A program made the position numbers and the translations under genes. A DNA stretch of 53,866 bases from a virus. Lineage: Duplodnaviria; Caudoviricetes. Position 1 is the first letter of the stretch. Each line of letters begins with the position of its first letter. A model generated the notes under the pieces. The model was not told the DNA's origin and searched no databases. It saw nothing but the letters and a program-made list of their open reading frames with translations. Where the stretch lies: the IMG/VR virus record IMGVR_UViG_3300038450_000073, positions 1 to 53,866 of that record; one strand, written 5' to 3'. Positions 1 to 9,245 of the stretch are shown here, piece by piece.

Positions 1-628
1 CAGCTCGGGCGCTGTCACGGCTATCACGGCTGCAATCACGGCAGCGACAGCGATAGCCGCAACGAATACCGAGGGGGTCGCCCTGACCGGGGCAGTCTTG
101 GCATCGGCTGTCACCACCGCGACGAACGCTGAATCGGTGGCCCTCAGCGCCGCGCTTATCCCGTCCGCGGCAGTCACGGCGACGAACGCCGAGCAGGTCG
201 CTCTCAGTGGCGCAGTCTCCGCGTCGGCTGCTACCACGGCGACGAACGCCGAGACGGTGGCCCTTGCCGTTTCGCTCTCCGCGACCGCGGCAGTCGGGGC
301 AGCCGTCAGCCACATCGAACCGCTGACCTGCGCGGTTACGGCCGGCGCGTCGCTGTCGGCTCCGAACGCCGAGACGGTCGCGCTCTCTGGTGCAGTCACC
401 GTGTTCGCCTCGCTCGCCTCGTCCGTGTCGACCAAGTGGGTCACCTCACCCGCCTTCTCGACGGTATCGAACCGCCTCGTGACCAGCGCCTCGGCGTCGA
501 ACCGCCTTGTGACAAGCGCCACGGTGACGAACGTCTCAGTAACTAGAGCCTCGGCCGCGAACCGCGCGGTGACTATCGTGGAGACGACGGACGAACTCGT
601 GACATCGGCGGAAGGCTCGACGACATGA
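1..628 (+). CDS. 5'-truncated Ala/Ser/Thr-rich repetitive virion protein (fibre/decoration-like)
   Basis: Frame of ORF 98..628 is open back to position 2 (SSGAVTAITAA...). It has 20-aa repeats (TATNAExVAL) and lies upstream of the neck genes. Confidence 0.6.
   Translation, partial: SSGAVTAITAAITAATAIAATNTEGVALTGAVLASAVTTATNAESVALSAALIPSAAVTATNAEQVALSGAVSASAATTATNAETVALAVSLSATAAVGAAVSHIEPLTCAVTAGASLSAPNAETVALSGAVTVFASLASSVSTKWVTSPAFSTVSNRLVTSASASNRLVTSATVTNVSVTRASAANRAVTIVETTDELVTSAEGSTT
61..400 (+). repeat. 60-bp (20-aa) degenerate tandem coding repeat
   Basis: gacgaacgc at 121, 181, 241, with variants at 61 and 361. Confidence 0.8.
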
Positions 629-966
629 ACTCCTACCCCGAAGGCTCCCTGGTCCAGTTCCAGAACATCTTCCGGGACGACAACGGCTACCCCGTCGACC
701 CCGAGGTCGTGACGTTCGCCTGGGGGCTGGGGACGCTCACGGGGGACACATGGACGCCGAGCGGGCCCCCGAACGCGCCGATCACCTACTCCGGGGCCAC
801 GACCCCGGCGGTCGGCACCCTCGCCCGCGTCACCCGCGGCCATTACCTGACGTGGGTGGACGCGACAGGCGTGGCGAACGAGAACATCGCCGGCAAGTGG
901 GTCGCGACCGGCACGGGCCAGGCGGAGAAGTGGGACTACGTGTACATCCAGGCCGCGCCGTTCTAG
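625..966 (+). CDS. hypothetical virion protein
   Basis: ATGA overlap with upstream gene, high GC3 codon pattern, structural module context. Confidence 0.6.
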   Translation: MNSYPEGSLVQFQNIFRDDNGYPVDPEVVTFAWGLGTLTGDTWTPSGPPNAPITYSGATTPAVGTLARVTRGHYLTWVDATGVANENIAGKWVATGTGQAEKWDYVYIQAAPF

Positions 967-977
967 GCGGGTGAATC

Positions 978-991
978 CCCAGACGTCTAGG
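978..991. promoter_or_regulatory. 14-bp palindromic site, 1-mismatch copy (CCCAGACGTCTAGG)
   Basis: Matches the genome-wide motif CCTAGACGTCTAGG and is followed by caat. Confidence 0.7.
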
Positions 992-1090
992 CAATCGGGT
1001 GATTAAGCAACGTCTGCTCACCAGGTATTTGCTATCCGTTCAACAGCATATCCACGGCTTATGCTGCGTCGTCCCGTACCATTGGGGGGC

Positions 1091-1318
1091 GTGGAGGACG
1101 TCATCACGCTCGCGGTGGTCGGCGGCCCGCTGAAGGCCGTCCAGATGGGCCGCGCCGTGGCGACGTTCTGCCCGGAGTGCGGCGATGACGAGGGCGCGGT
1201 CGTGTCGAAGTTCGCCCTAGTGGACTTCGACGAGCTGGCACTGAAGGCCACCGTCGTCGTGCTCACCTGTCGCGTGCACGGGCCACTCCTGGTGGTCCAC
1301 GGGCCGCCGCCGCGCTAG
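1091..1318 (+). CDS. small Zn-ribbon-like hypothetical protein
   Basis: CPEC...CRVH motif. Start is uncertain (1061 or 1091). Confidence 0.5.
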   Translation: MEDVITLAVVGGPLKAVQMGRAVATFCPECGDDEGAVVSKFALVDFDELALKATVVVLTCRVHGPLLVVHGPPPR

Positions 1319-1319
1319 G

Positions 1320-1350
1320 GATAGTTTCTGTCTTCAGAGCAGAAACTATC
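1320..1350. terminator. AT-rich inverted repeat (terminator or operator)
   Basis: gatagtttctg-N9-cagaaactatc, perfect 11-bp stem directly after a stop codon. Confidence 0.45.
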
Positions 1351-1404
1351 TGTATATCCATCATGCAAGGTGTCCGGCTGGTCGTGGTCCTACACTGAGA
1401 GCTT

Positions 1405-2433
1405 GTGAGCGTCCCCTATTCGCCCGCGCTGCTCGCCACGCCGGTCATCTCACCCGCGGTGGGCGGGTTCAATCGCGCCTTCCCCTACGTGTCCCCCTCG
1501 CAGTACGTGTTCACGCCGACGGCGATGGACCTGTCGAACCTGGTCACGGCGCCGGGCGCGAGCTCGGCCGACCAGACGCAGGCGCTCTCCGACCTCATCC
1601 GCCGCGCGTCGTCCGAGGTGGACCGCTACCTGTTCGGCGCCAGCCCGTCGGCCAAGCAGCCGAGCCTGTGCGCGACGAACGACGTCGAGTCGTGGCGCTT
1701 CCCGGTCATCCAGGGGGAGCTGCGCGTGGTCTGCGACTACGGGCCGCTCATCGCGCTCACCGGCATGGACGTGGGCCTTTTCCAGAACGAGCTCCAGTCC
1801 ATCGGGCCGAACATCGCCGCGCTGGTCTCGGCGCTCCGGCGCACGTTCATCGTCCCCGTCTGCGGCCTGCCGCTCTACTCGCCGCAGGGGCTGAACGTCG
1901 GGGGCATCGCGCGGACCGGCCAGCGGCTCTACGTCGTCTGGTCCTACGACAACGGCTACCCGCACACGATGCTCGCGGAGGCCGCGGCGGCGGCCGACGA
2001 ATCGCTGGTCGTGGAGGCCACCAGCGCGGCGGGCGGCCTCATCGGTGTGTTCCCCGGCACGCAGCTCGACGTGCTCGACTACACGATGAGCGTCGCTTCC
2101 GGTGTGGAGACCGTCACCGTCGCGTCCGTCGAGGCCAACACGCCCGCCACCGGGCAGGCGACCGTCGCCCTGGTAGCGCCTCTCCAGTACGCCCACACGC
2201 CGCCTGAGGCCCCGGACTTCATCCCGGTCTCGGCCATCCCCTGGGCGGTCCAGCAGGCCGTCATCCACGCTGTGACGGCTCTGGTGAAGGGCCGCGGCGA
2301 CGACGCCCTGCTCTTGGAGGGCGTCGGCGAGGCGCGGACCGGCGAGACGGACCCTGGCGAGAAGACGGTGGACATCGTGCGGGCCTTCAAGGCGCTCCAG
2401 TCCTACCGCACGGCCGTCAAGATCAAGACCTGA
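1405..2433 (+). CDS. putative head-tail adaptor/neck protein
   Basis: LIRRASSEVDRYL N-terminal helix and IPWAVQQAVI...L..YR C-terminus resemble gp15-like adaptors. Position is upstream of the tail genes. Confidence 0.6.
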   Translation: MSVPYSPALLATPVISPAVGGFNRAFPYVSPSQYVFTPTAMDLSNLVTAPGASSADQTQALSDLIRRASSEVDRYLFGASPSAKQPSLCATNDVESWRFPVIQGELRVVCDYGPLIALTGMDVGLFQNELQSIGPNIAALVSALRRTFIVPVCGLPLYSPQGLNVGGIARTGQRLYVVWSYDNGYPHTMLAEAAAAADESLVVEATSAAGGLIGVFPGTQLDVLDYTMSVASGVETVTVASVEANTPATGQATVALVAPLQYAHTPPEAPDFIPVSAIPWAVQQAVIHAVTALVKGRGDDALLLEGVGEARTGETDPGEKTVDIVRAFKALQSYRTAVKIKT

Positions 2434-2753
2434 TGGCCGCGGGCGATATCACCGTCGGTCGGCGGGTCGCCACGATGGACGACCTCGAACTGCCGGGTGA
2501 CTACGCTCTCGGCTCCGTCGACGACGACGGGGACGTTCGCCCGCAGATTTGGTTCCTGCTGCCGATTCACCACGGGGCGACGATGTACGACCACGCCAAC
2601 GAGGGGAGCGGGCTACACGGGATCTCGTCGCCGCCCTGGACGTTCCGAGAGTGCCCGGACGGTTCGATCGAGGTGCGCGCGTCGATCGCCTGCGGCCACC
2701 CGGTTTACTGGCACGGCTACCTCGATGAGGGCCACCGCTGGAGGGAGGTCTGA
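2433..2753 (+). CDS. hypothetical protein (DUF6527-like)
   Basis: WTF...GSIEVRASI...WHGYL..G.W motif, coupled stop/start on both sides. Confidence 0.5.
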   Translation: MAAGDITVGRRVATMDDLELPGDYALGSVDDDGDVRPQIWFLLPIHHGATMYDHANEGSGLHGISSPPWTFRECPDGSIEVRASIACGHPVYWHGYLDEGHRWREV

Positions 2754-3304
2754 TGGCCGCGCCCTTCCCCGGCCGCGCATCGCTCCGGGCGGCCATCGTC
2801 TCGTACCTGGAGACCGGCATCGCCAGCAACGCCATCGAGGGCCTGGGCACCGTCTACGCCCACCCGCCGAAGATCACCCCCGAGGGCGACTTCATCGTCG
2901 CCTCCGAGGACCCCGGCTCCAGCATGGGCACGGTCGTCTACGTCTACATCGGCCCGGCCAAGCACAAGCGGCTGGGCACGGGGGGACCCACTTCCGGCAT
3001 CAAGGCGGCGCTCTACCCGGTGACGTTCATCTGCTTCACCCGCTCGGCGTCGGCCCAGTCCCAGGAGTGCGGCGCGGCGAACGACACGTTCGTCGACTCG
3101 TTCCGCGCCTACATCGAGGCCAACCGGACGGCCGGCACCACGCCCGGGAGCGGGGCCGTCTGGCAATGGGGCGAGGGCGAGGCGTTCGGCCAGGAGGACA
3201 TCGAGGAGGACTTCACCATGCCGCGCCTGCTCCGCGGGAAGATGGGCCTCACGCAGGTCTGGGGCACCATCACCGTGAAGGCGTGGCAGCAGTACTACGC
3301 GTGA
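2753..3304 (+). CDS. putative tail terminator/neck protein
   Basis: Size and position just upstream of the tail tube, N-terminal RAAIVSYL helix. Confidence 0.5.
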   Translation: MAAPFPGRASLRAAIVSYLETGIASNAIEGLGTVYAHPPKITPEGDFIVASEDPGSSMGTVVYVYIGPAKHKRLGTGGPTSGIKAALYPVTFICFTRSASAQSQECGAANDTFVDSFRAYIEANRTAGTTPGSGAVWQWGEGEAFGQEDIEEDFTMPRLLRGKMGLTQVWGTITVKAWQQYYA

Positions 3305-3339
3305 ATCCCACGCCTCGACCCCGCGGGTGCGTAGACTCG
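3298..3339 (+). promoter_or_regulatory. putative late promoter, CGCGTGAATCCCACGC-N12-GGTGCGTAGACTCG
   Basis: Identical bipartite motif at 40695-40736. Contains a TAGACT -10-like hexamer. Confidence 0.6.
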
Positions 3340-3345
3340 GACTCG

Positions 3346-3582
3346 ATGTCCTTCACGTACAGGTCGGTGCTCGACCAGCGGGCCGTGTTCGCGGATGAAA
3401 CGCGCGATGACGGCCGGACGCTCGAACTCGACCCCGGCGAGACGTTCGTGACGTTCCGCAAGCGGAACCACCGCTACCTCGCCCTCGTACCCCCGAAGAC
3501 CCCGTCCCGACCCGAGCCATCTGAGGAGGTGACCGTGCCGGACGTTCCCACCATTGCGCCGGCACGACCGGCCATACCGTAG
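3346..3582 (+). CDS. small hypothetical protein
   Basis: C-terminal part of ORF 2497..3582. ATG lies 8 nt after TAGACT. Confidence 0.5.
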   Translation: MSFTYRSVLDQRAVFADETRDDGRTLELDPGETFVTFRKRNHRYLALVPPKTPSRPEPSEEVTVPDVPTIAPARPAIP

Positions 3583-3591
3583 GAGGCCGGG

Positions 3592-4641
3592 ATGAGCCAC
3601 CGCTTCTTTGACCCGAGGTACGAGGAGTTCGCCCGTATCGCCCGCCGCTACGGGATGCGAATGGCCGCCGCGCCCAGCATCCCGGCGACCGAGAACGCCT
3701 GGATCGGCTACGCGGCCGAGTCGACGCCCGGCACCGCCGTCACCGCGGCGCTGTGGACGCCGTTGCACGACCCGGCCTGGGTGCCGAAGCAGACCTACCT
3801 GCAGGACGTGGGACTCCGCGGCGACCCGTCGATGGACCACGACGACGTGCTGGGCGTGGCCTCGGCGGAGATGGGCTGGAAGACCAACCTGTTCGCCGAC
3901 GCCTGGCCGTACCTGTTCCTGGGGCTGTTGGGGAGTGACAACGTGACCGGGACGACCGCGCCGTACACGCACACCCACACGCTCCTCAACAACACGACCG
4001 GTTCCCAGCCTCCGTCCTTGACCGTCTCGTACTTCGACGGCGGGCACGGCTGGTATGCACCGTGGACGCAGCTGACCAAGATGGACATCGCGATGGCCAT
4101 CGACGCCGCGATCGAGGCGACCATCGCCTCCATCACGCTGCCCTTCACCACCCAGTCGCTGTCGGGCAACACCTACAACGCCGAGCACATGGTGCCGTCG
4201 TGGGACACGTCGATCACCCTCGGCACGCTGACCTCGGTCGCGGTCGAGTCCTTCGACTGCTCCATCGAGCGCATGAACTCGGCTCCAATCCACACGGCGG
4301 GGCAACAGTCGGCGCACGCCAACTTTGCCGGTTCGATCCGCGTGACGGGCAAGTTCGCCTTCGTCTACGACAACAACGACAACATCGCGCCGAACGTCAT
4401 CACCGAGGGCCTGGAGCGGCTGCAGCAACGGCTGTACGTCGTGTTCACCGACCCGGTGACCTCGCACACCGTGGCGCTGCAGATGACGACCACGCAGCTG
4501 GAGGACCCGAAGCTGGAGGTCGACAAGTCCTACCTCGGCGTGTCCTCCAACTTCCGGGCGGTCGCCAACGCGACGGACGCCTCCACTGGCACGTCGCCGC
4601 TCAAGGTTATCTGCACGAATGGCCAGTCAGTAGCGGCATAG
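3592..4641 (+). CDS. major tail (tube) protein
   Basis: WIGYAAESTPGTAV N-terminal motif and YTHTHT...PPSLT motif. Strong SD (aggagg). Upstream of chaperone and tape measure genes. Confidence 0.8.
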   Translation: MSHRFFDPRYEEFARIARRYGMRMAAAPSIPATENAWIGYAAESTPGTAVTAALWTPLHDPAWVPKQTYLQDVGLRGDPSMDHDDVLGVASAEMGWKTNLFADAWPYLFLGLLGSDNVTGTTAPYTHTHTLLNNTTGSQPPSLTVSYFDGGHGWYAPWTQLTKMDIAMAIDAAIEATIASITLPFTTQSLSGNTYNAEHMVPSWDTSITLGTLTSVAVESFDCSIERMNSAPIHTAGQQSAHANFAGSIRVTGKFAFVYDNNDNIAPNVITEGLERLQQRLYVVFTDPVTSHTVALQMTTTQLEDPKLEVDKSYLGVSSNFRAVANATDASTGTSPLKVICTNGQSVAA

Positions 4642-4655
4642 CCTAGACGTCTAGG
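4642..4655. promoter_or_regulatory. 14-bp palindromic site CCTAGACGTCTAGG
   Basis: Perfect copy directly after the tail tube stop. Confidence 0.8.
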
Positions 4656-4675
4656 CATTTCACCAAGACAGGAGA

Positions 4676-5392
4676 GTGGTCGATGTGCGACGGATCGAGC
4701 TGCCGAGAGGCCGCTGGGCGGAGATAGCGGAGGAAGACGACCTCACCGTCCAGGAGCAGTGGGACATCGAGCACGCCGGGATCGCCTCGGAGTCGGTGGC
4801 GGCCAAGACGACGGTGCTCCAGCTGGAGGAGCTGAGGAGCCTGGAGACGGCGCTGCCCGACGCGGCGCGCACCCTGGAGACGGACCTGCGGGCCATCGTG
4901 GCGGCCAAGTCCACGCCCGCGGCGCGGAAGCGCGAGGCGGAGGCCCGGCTGAAGCTGATGACCGACGCCCGCGCGACCAACGCGCTCGCCCTCGCCTACC
5001 AGAAGCTCGGTCCCGAAGAGTACGCCCCCATCGACCGCTTCGAGGTGGTGCGCGTCATGTGCTCCCTGCGCGCCTGGGACGTGACGGGACCGGACGGCCA
5101 GGTCATCCCCATTCCGCCCGACCGGACGCCGGAGTCGGTGGCAGCCTTCGCGCGGACGGTCCCCAACACGGTGATGAAGGCCATCTCCGCCGAGACGGCG
5201 CGGACGAACGTCACGCCCACGGACTTCAACCGGAGCCCGGAGGCCGTGAGGGACCCAAAAGCCCCTACCGGAGAATCCAACGGCTCCGGATCGGCCGAGG
5301 AGTCGAAATCCGCGAGCGCGTCAACGGCACCCGCTACCGGCTCACGCTCACCCCGCAAGCGCAGCGCCTCCTCGCCGAGGACCGCGAGCTAG
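4676..5392 (+). CDS. tail assembly chaperone (gpG-like)
   Basis: Between tail tube and tape measure, SD aggag, in-frame slippery heptamer. Confidence 0.75.
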   Translation: MVDVRRIELPRGRWAEIAEEDDLTVQEQWDIEHAGIASESVAAKTTVLQLEELRSLETALPDAARTLETDLRAIVAAKSTPAARKREAEARLKLMTDARATNALALAYQKLGPEEYAPIDRFEVVRVMCSLRAWDVTGPDGQVIPIPPDRTPESVAAFARTVPNTVMKAISAETARTNVTPTDFNRSPEAVRDPKAPTGESNGSGSAEESKSASASTAPATGSRSPRKRSASSPRTAS

Positions 5393-5538
5393 TTCGCCTG
5401 GACCGGATGGTCCAGTTCTTGCTGGCGTTCCCGTCCTACACTGAGGATGAGTACCTGAGGCTGCCGTTCCGGAAGGTCGAGCTGATGATTGAACTGGCGG
5501 AGGTGGAGCGCCTAGCAGCGGCCGCGGAGAGGGGCTGA
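5254..5538 (+). CDS. -1 programmed frameshift extension of tail assembly chaperone (gpGT-like)
   Basis: C CCA AAA (5254-5260) is in frame with 4676. The -1 frame stays open to 5538 (FPSYTEDEYLRLP...). Confidence 0.75.
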   Translation, partial: PKSPYRRIQRLRIGRGVEIRERVNGTRYRLTLTPQAQRLLAEDRELVRLDRMVQFLLAFPSYTEDEYLRLPFRKVELMIELAEVERLAAAAERG

Positions 5539-5539
5539 C

Positions 5540-6016
5540 GTGCCCGGCGGCCTGGAGTTCCACACCAGCCTCGACACGTCCGACATGCAGGCGGCCGTGG
5601 ACAGACTCGCCGACCGGGCGAACGCCGCGGTGGAGCTGGCGACGCGACGGGGCATCGCCTTCTTCGTCGGTGCCGCGATGGCACACGCGCCGGTCGCCAA
5701 GTCCGTCCAGGCCCCACGCCACGTCGGGGGCACGCTCCGCCGCAGCATCCACATCGTCGAGGTGACGCAGACCGGCCCGGGCCGCTGGCTCGCCACCGCG
5801 GGCCCCTCGGTCATCTACGGGCGCTTCCGCGACCTCGGTGGGACCATCCATGCGAAGAACGGGCCGTACCTGAAGTTCCAGATCGACGGCAACTGGGTCC
5901 AGGTCGAGTCGGTGACGCAGACGGGCAGCTTCTACATGGAGAAGGGCCTGGACGACCTGGAGGGGGCGATAGAGGGCATCTTCGCCGCGGCCTGGTCCGA
6001 AGTGATGAGGGCCTGA
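5540..6016 (+). CDS. HK97 gp10-like neck/tail-completion protein
   Basis: APV...GGTLRRSI...YGRFRDLG...FYME motif. Confidence 0.7.
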   Translation: MPGGLEFHTSLDTSDMQAAVDRLADRANAAVELATRRGIAFFVGAAMAHAPVAKSVQAPRHVGGTLRRSIHIVEVTQTGPGRWLATAGPSVIYGRFRDLGGTIHAKNGPYLKFQIDGNWVQVESVTQTGSFYMEKGLDDLEGAIEGIFAAAWSEVMRA

Positions 6017-6017
6017 C

Positions 6018-9000
6018 ATGGCCGGGGGCATCCTTCCGCCCATATTGGGCGAATTGCAATTGTCGGCCAGCCAGTTCATCGACAAGCTGGCCGAGGTCCG
6101 CGACGTCCTCGGCGAGACGGCGGGCTCGACCGATGACCTCGACCTCGCCCAGGCCCGCGCCGAGGCGACCAGCTCCCAGCTCGCCGACGCCCAGGAACGT
6201 CTTGCCGCGACCTCCGCTGACTTGATCGCGACCCAGGACGCGATCAACAAGGGGCAGATCACGGGCGAGGAAGCGTCCACCGCGCAGTCGGGTGCCCTCG
6301 ACCGGCAGGCCGTCGCCGAGAAGGAGATGCGCGACGCGACCCTCGCCAACGCCGACGCGCAAGGGCGTCTCGCCGAGGCCGAGGTGGCGTCCGCCGACAC
6401 GGGGGTCCTCCAGGACGAGCGGCTGATCAAGGCGGGCAAGCTCGTCACGCTCGCCTTCCTCGGCATCGGGGCCGCGGTCGGCGTCATGTCCGTCAAGATG
6501 GCGATGGACTTCCAGACCAGTCAGGCCAAGGTCCAGGCTGCCTTGGGCCAGTCCACCAAGCAGTCGAACGACCTCGCCAACGCGCTCCTCGGCACCGCGG
6601 GGTCGACCGAGCAGTCGGCCAACGCGATGGAGGCGGCGCTGGCCCCGGTCGCCGCCCAGTTCAAGTCGCTGCAATCCGGCGCCTACACGACCGCCGAGGC
6701 CCTGGAGGAGATGAAGGCGGCCACGTCGCTCGCTGACGCCGGGCTGGGGTCACTCTCGGACACGACCGGCGCCCTCGCGGGGGTGATGCAGGCGTTCCAG
6801 CTGCACGCCAAGGACGCCGCCTCGACCGCCGACGTCCTCTACTCGGCCTCGCAGATGACCGGCCAGGGCGTCGACTCGCTGACCTCCGGCCTGGAGCGGA
6901 CACGGACCAAGCTCGGCGCGCTCTCGCCCTCCCTCGGGCAGCTCTCCGGCCTCTTGGTGGACATGACCGAGCACGGCGAGACCGGGCGAGCCGCGATGTC
7001 GATGCTCACCACGACCATGACCGCGCTCTTGAAGCCCGCGGCCGACGCCGCCAAGGCGCAGATCGCGTTGCGGGTGGCGAGCGACACCCTGCCACCGTCG
7101 CTCCAGGGACTGGCCGCGCAGTACGTCGCCGGGACGGTCACCGCGAAGGAACTCACGACGGCGACCCAAGGGATGTCGTCGAGCCAAGCGGTGGCCTGGA
7201 AGGCGTTCACCTCCGCGGCCGACGGGGCCAAGACCGCCCAGCTGGCCTCGGCCAAGCTTGGCCTGACGGTGACGGACGCCAAGGGCCAGTTCGTCGGCTG
7301 GGCTTCGGTCATCTCCCAGCTGGCGGAGAAGACCAAGGGCATGACCACCGCCCAGGCGACGGCCGAACTCACCGCGCTGGGCTTCGGCTCCGCGTCCGCC
7401 AAGGTCCTCGCCCTGGTCCGTGCCGGCCCGGAGGCGTTCGACAAGGCCACCGCGGCGGTGACCAAGCACGGCACGGCGGAGAACGCGGCCAACCTCCAGA
7501 TGAAGACCCTGCACGGCCAGCTGCACATGCTGGAGGCCGCGGTCGACGACTACGGGGTCCGGCTCGGGCGGGTGCTCATCCCCAAGATTGAGACGGTCAT
7601 CCACGTCACCGCCTCGGTCGTCGAGTGGTTCAACAAGAACCGCATCGCGGCCTACACGCTCGCCGCGGTGGTGGTGGGCGTGCTCGGGGTCGCGGTGACC
7701 GCGTTCGCCGTGAACGCCCTCGGCAAGCTCGTCGCCAACGCGCAATCGGCGTACCAGGCGGTCCTCAAGCTGTTCGGACTGAAGGGCGGCCCTGACGAGA
7801 CTTCGGCCCTGAACACCGACGCCTCCCAGGCGTCCGAGACGCTGCAGCAGGGAATCGCCAAGGCCGGTGAGCAACTGATCGCCGACGCGAAGACCGCGGC
7901 CGCGTCCCTCACTGCGGGTGGCTCGACAGCCGCCGAGGACCTGGGAACTGGCGGTGCCACGGCTGCTGAAGACCTGGGCGCCGGGGGTGCGACTGCCGCG
8001 GAAGACCTGGGCGCTGGCGGTGCCACGGCTGCTGAAGACCTGGGCGCGGGTGGTGCTGCTGCTGCCGAGGATGTCGGTGCGGGCGGCGCGGCTGCTGCGG
8101 AGGATTTGGGCGCTGGCGGTGCTGCTGCTGCTGAAGACGTAGGCGCTGGGGGCGCCTCGGCCGCGGAGGATTTGGGCGCTGGGGGCGCCTCGGCCGCGGA
8201 AGACCTGGGCGCGGGTGGCGAGGTGGCCGGAGAGGATGTCGGCGCGGGTGGCGCGGCTGCCGCGGAAGACCTGGGGGCTGGTGGTGCCGGAGCGGCAGAG
8301 GACTTGGCCGCGGGTGGCGAGACGGCGTCGGAGGACCTGGTGGCAGGTGGCGCAGGCGCCGCCGAAGACGTCGCGGCTGGCGGTGCCACGGCAGGCGAGG
8401 ACCTGGGTGCAGGCGGAGAGGACGCCGCCGAAGCGGCGGGAGCCGCGGGCGCGGGGGCCGGTCTCGCGCTGGGCGGCGGCGCCGCGGCTGGTGCGGGAGC
8501 CGCGGGCGCGGGAGAGGCTGGAGGCTTTAGCGCGGCCAGCCTGATTCTGCCCGTCATCACCGCGCAGATCGCCTCACTGGGGACGAAGCTCATACCGGGG
8601 GCCGCGGCGGGCGAGGCCGCGATGCCGTCGTGGATGAAGGACGTCTCTTCGATCCCGTTCGTCGGCGCGATACCCAAGATCGGGGCCGACCTCGCGGGCG
8701 GTTTCCTCGACGCAATCGGCGCGCTGCCCAAGACGGTGCCGAGTGAGAAACAGATCGCAGCGAACGCGGCACTCGGCAGTTACGACACCGGGCGGTCGGA
8801 CATCGAGCTCACGAAGGCCCAGAAGGATCAGGTCGTCGGGCTGATGAAGATGGGCGAGTCGCTGAAGGAGGCCCAGCAGAAGGTCCTCGGGATCAAGACC
8901 TCGACGGACAAAACGACCATCGCCGTGAACTCGCTCGGGTCGAAACTCGCCAAGACGCCCGACATCGCGGCGGTGACTGCTGCGACCCTGAAGCTCGCCA

Positions 9001-9245
9001 AGCCTGTCGACATCGCCAAGGTCACCACCGCGGTCAACACCGCGACCACCGCCGTCAAGTCCGTGAAGTCCTCGGTCGACGCGGGCCACACGGTCAACGT
9101 CTCGGGCGACCTCCACACGACCGTCGTTCTCGATGGCCGCACGCTGGCGACGGCGGTCCAGAAGTACATGCTGCGCGGGGCGCGTGCCACCGGCCAGAAC
9201 GTCCTCAACTCGCGCTCGGTCGGCCGCGGGACCGGCAACCCGTAG
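6018..9245 (+). CDS. tape measure protein
   Basis: 1075 aa, Ala-rich, with a TP901-like core (AMDFQ...TADVL...LG) and hydrophobic segments. Confidence 0.9.
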   Translation: MAGGILPPILGELQLSASQFIDKLAEVRDVLGETAGSTDDLDLAQARAEATSSQLADAQERLAATSADLIATQDAINKGQITGEEASTAQSGALDRQAVAEKEMRDATLANADAQGRLAEAEVASADTGVLQDERLIKAGKLVTLAFLGIGAAVGVMSVKMAMDFQTSQAKVQAALGQSTKQSNDLANALLGTAGSTEQSANAMEAALAPVAAQFKSLQSGAYTTAEALEEMKAATSLADAGLGSLSDTTGALAGVMQAFQLHAKDAASTADVLYSASQMTGQGVDSLTSGLERTRTKLGALSPSLGQLSGLLVDMTEHGETGRAAMSMLTTTMTALLKPAADAAKAQIALRVASDTLPPSLQGLAAQYVAGTVTAKELTTATQGMSSSQAVAWKAFTSAADGAKTAQLASAKLGLTVTDAKGQFVGWASVISQLAEKTKGMTTAQATAELTALGFGSASAKVLALVRAGPEAFDKATAAVTKHGTAENAANLQMKTLHGQLHMLEAAVDDYGVRLGRVLIPKIETVIHVTASVVEWFNKNRIAAYTLAAVVVGVLGVAVTAFAVNALGKLVANAQSAYQAVLKLFGLKGGPDETSALNTDASQASETLQQGIAKAGEQLIADAKTAAASLTAGGSTAAEDLGTGGATAAEDLGAGGATAAEDLGAGGATAAEDLGAGGAAAAEDVGAGGAAAAEDLGAGGAAAAEDVGAGGASAAEDLGAGGASAAEDLGAGGEVAGEDVGAGGAAAAEDLGAGGAGAAEDLAAGGETASEDLVAGGAGAAEDVAAGGATAGEDLGAGGEDAAEAAGAAGAGAGLALGGGAAAGAGAAGAGEAGGFSAASLILPVITAQIASLGTKLIPGAAAGEAAMPSWMKDVSSIPFVGAIPKIGADLAGGFLDAIGALPKTVPSEKQIAANAALGSYDTGRSDIELTKAQKDQVVGLMKMGESLKEAQQKVLGIKTSTDKTTIAVNSLGSKLAKTPDIAAVTAATLKLAKPVDIAKVTTAVNTATTAVKSVKSSVDAGHTVNVSGDLHTTVVLDGRTLATAVQKYMLRGARATGQNVLNSRSVGRGTGNP
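7915..8440 (+). repeat. about 15 tandem 33-bp repeats encoding GGAxAAEDLGA
   Basis: Visible in both DNA and translation. Confidence 0.9.
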
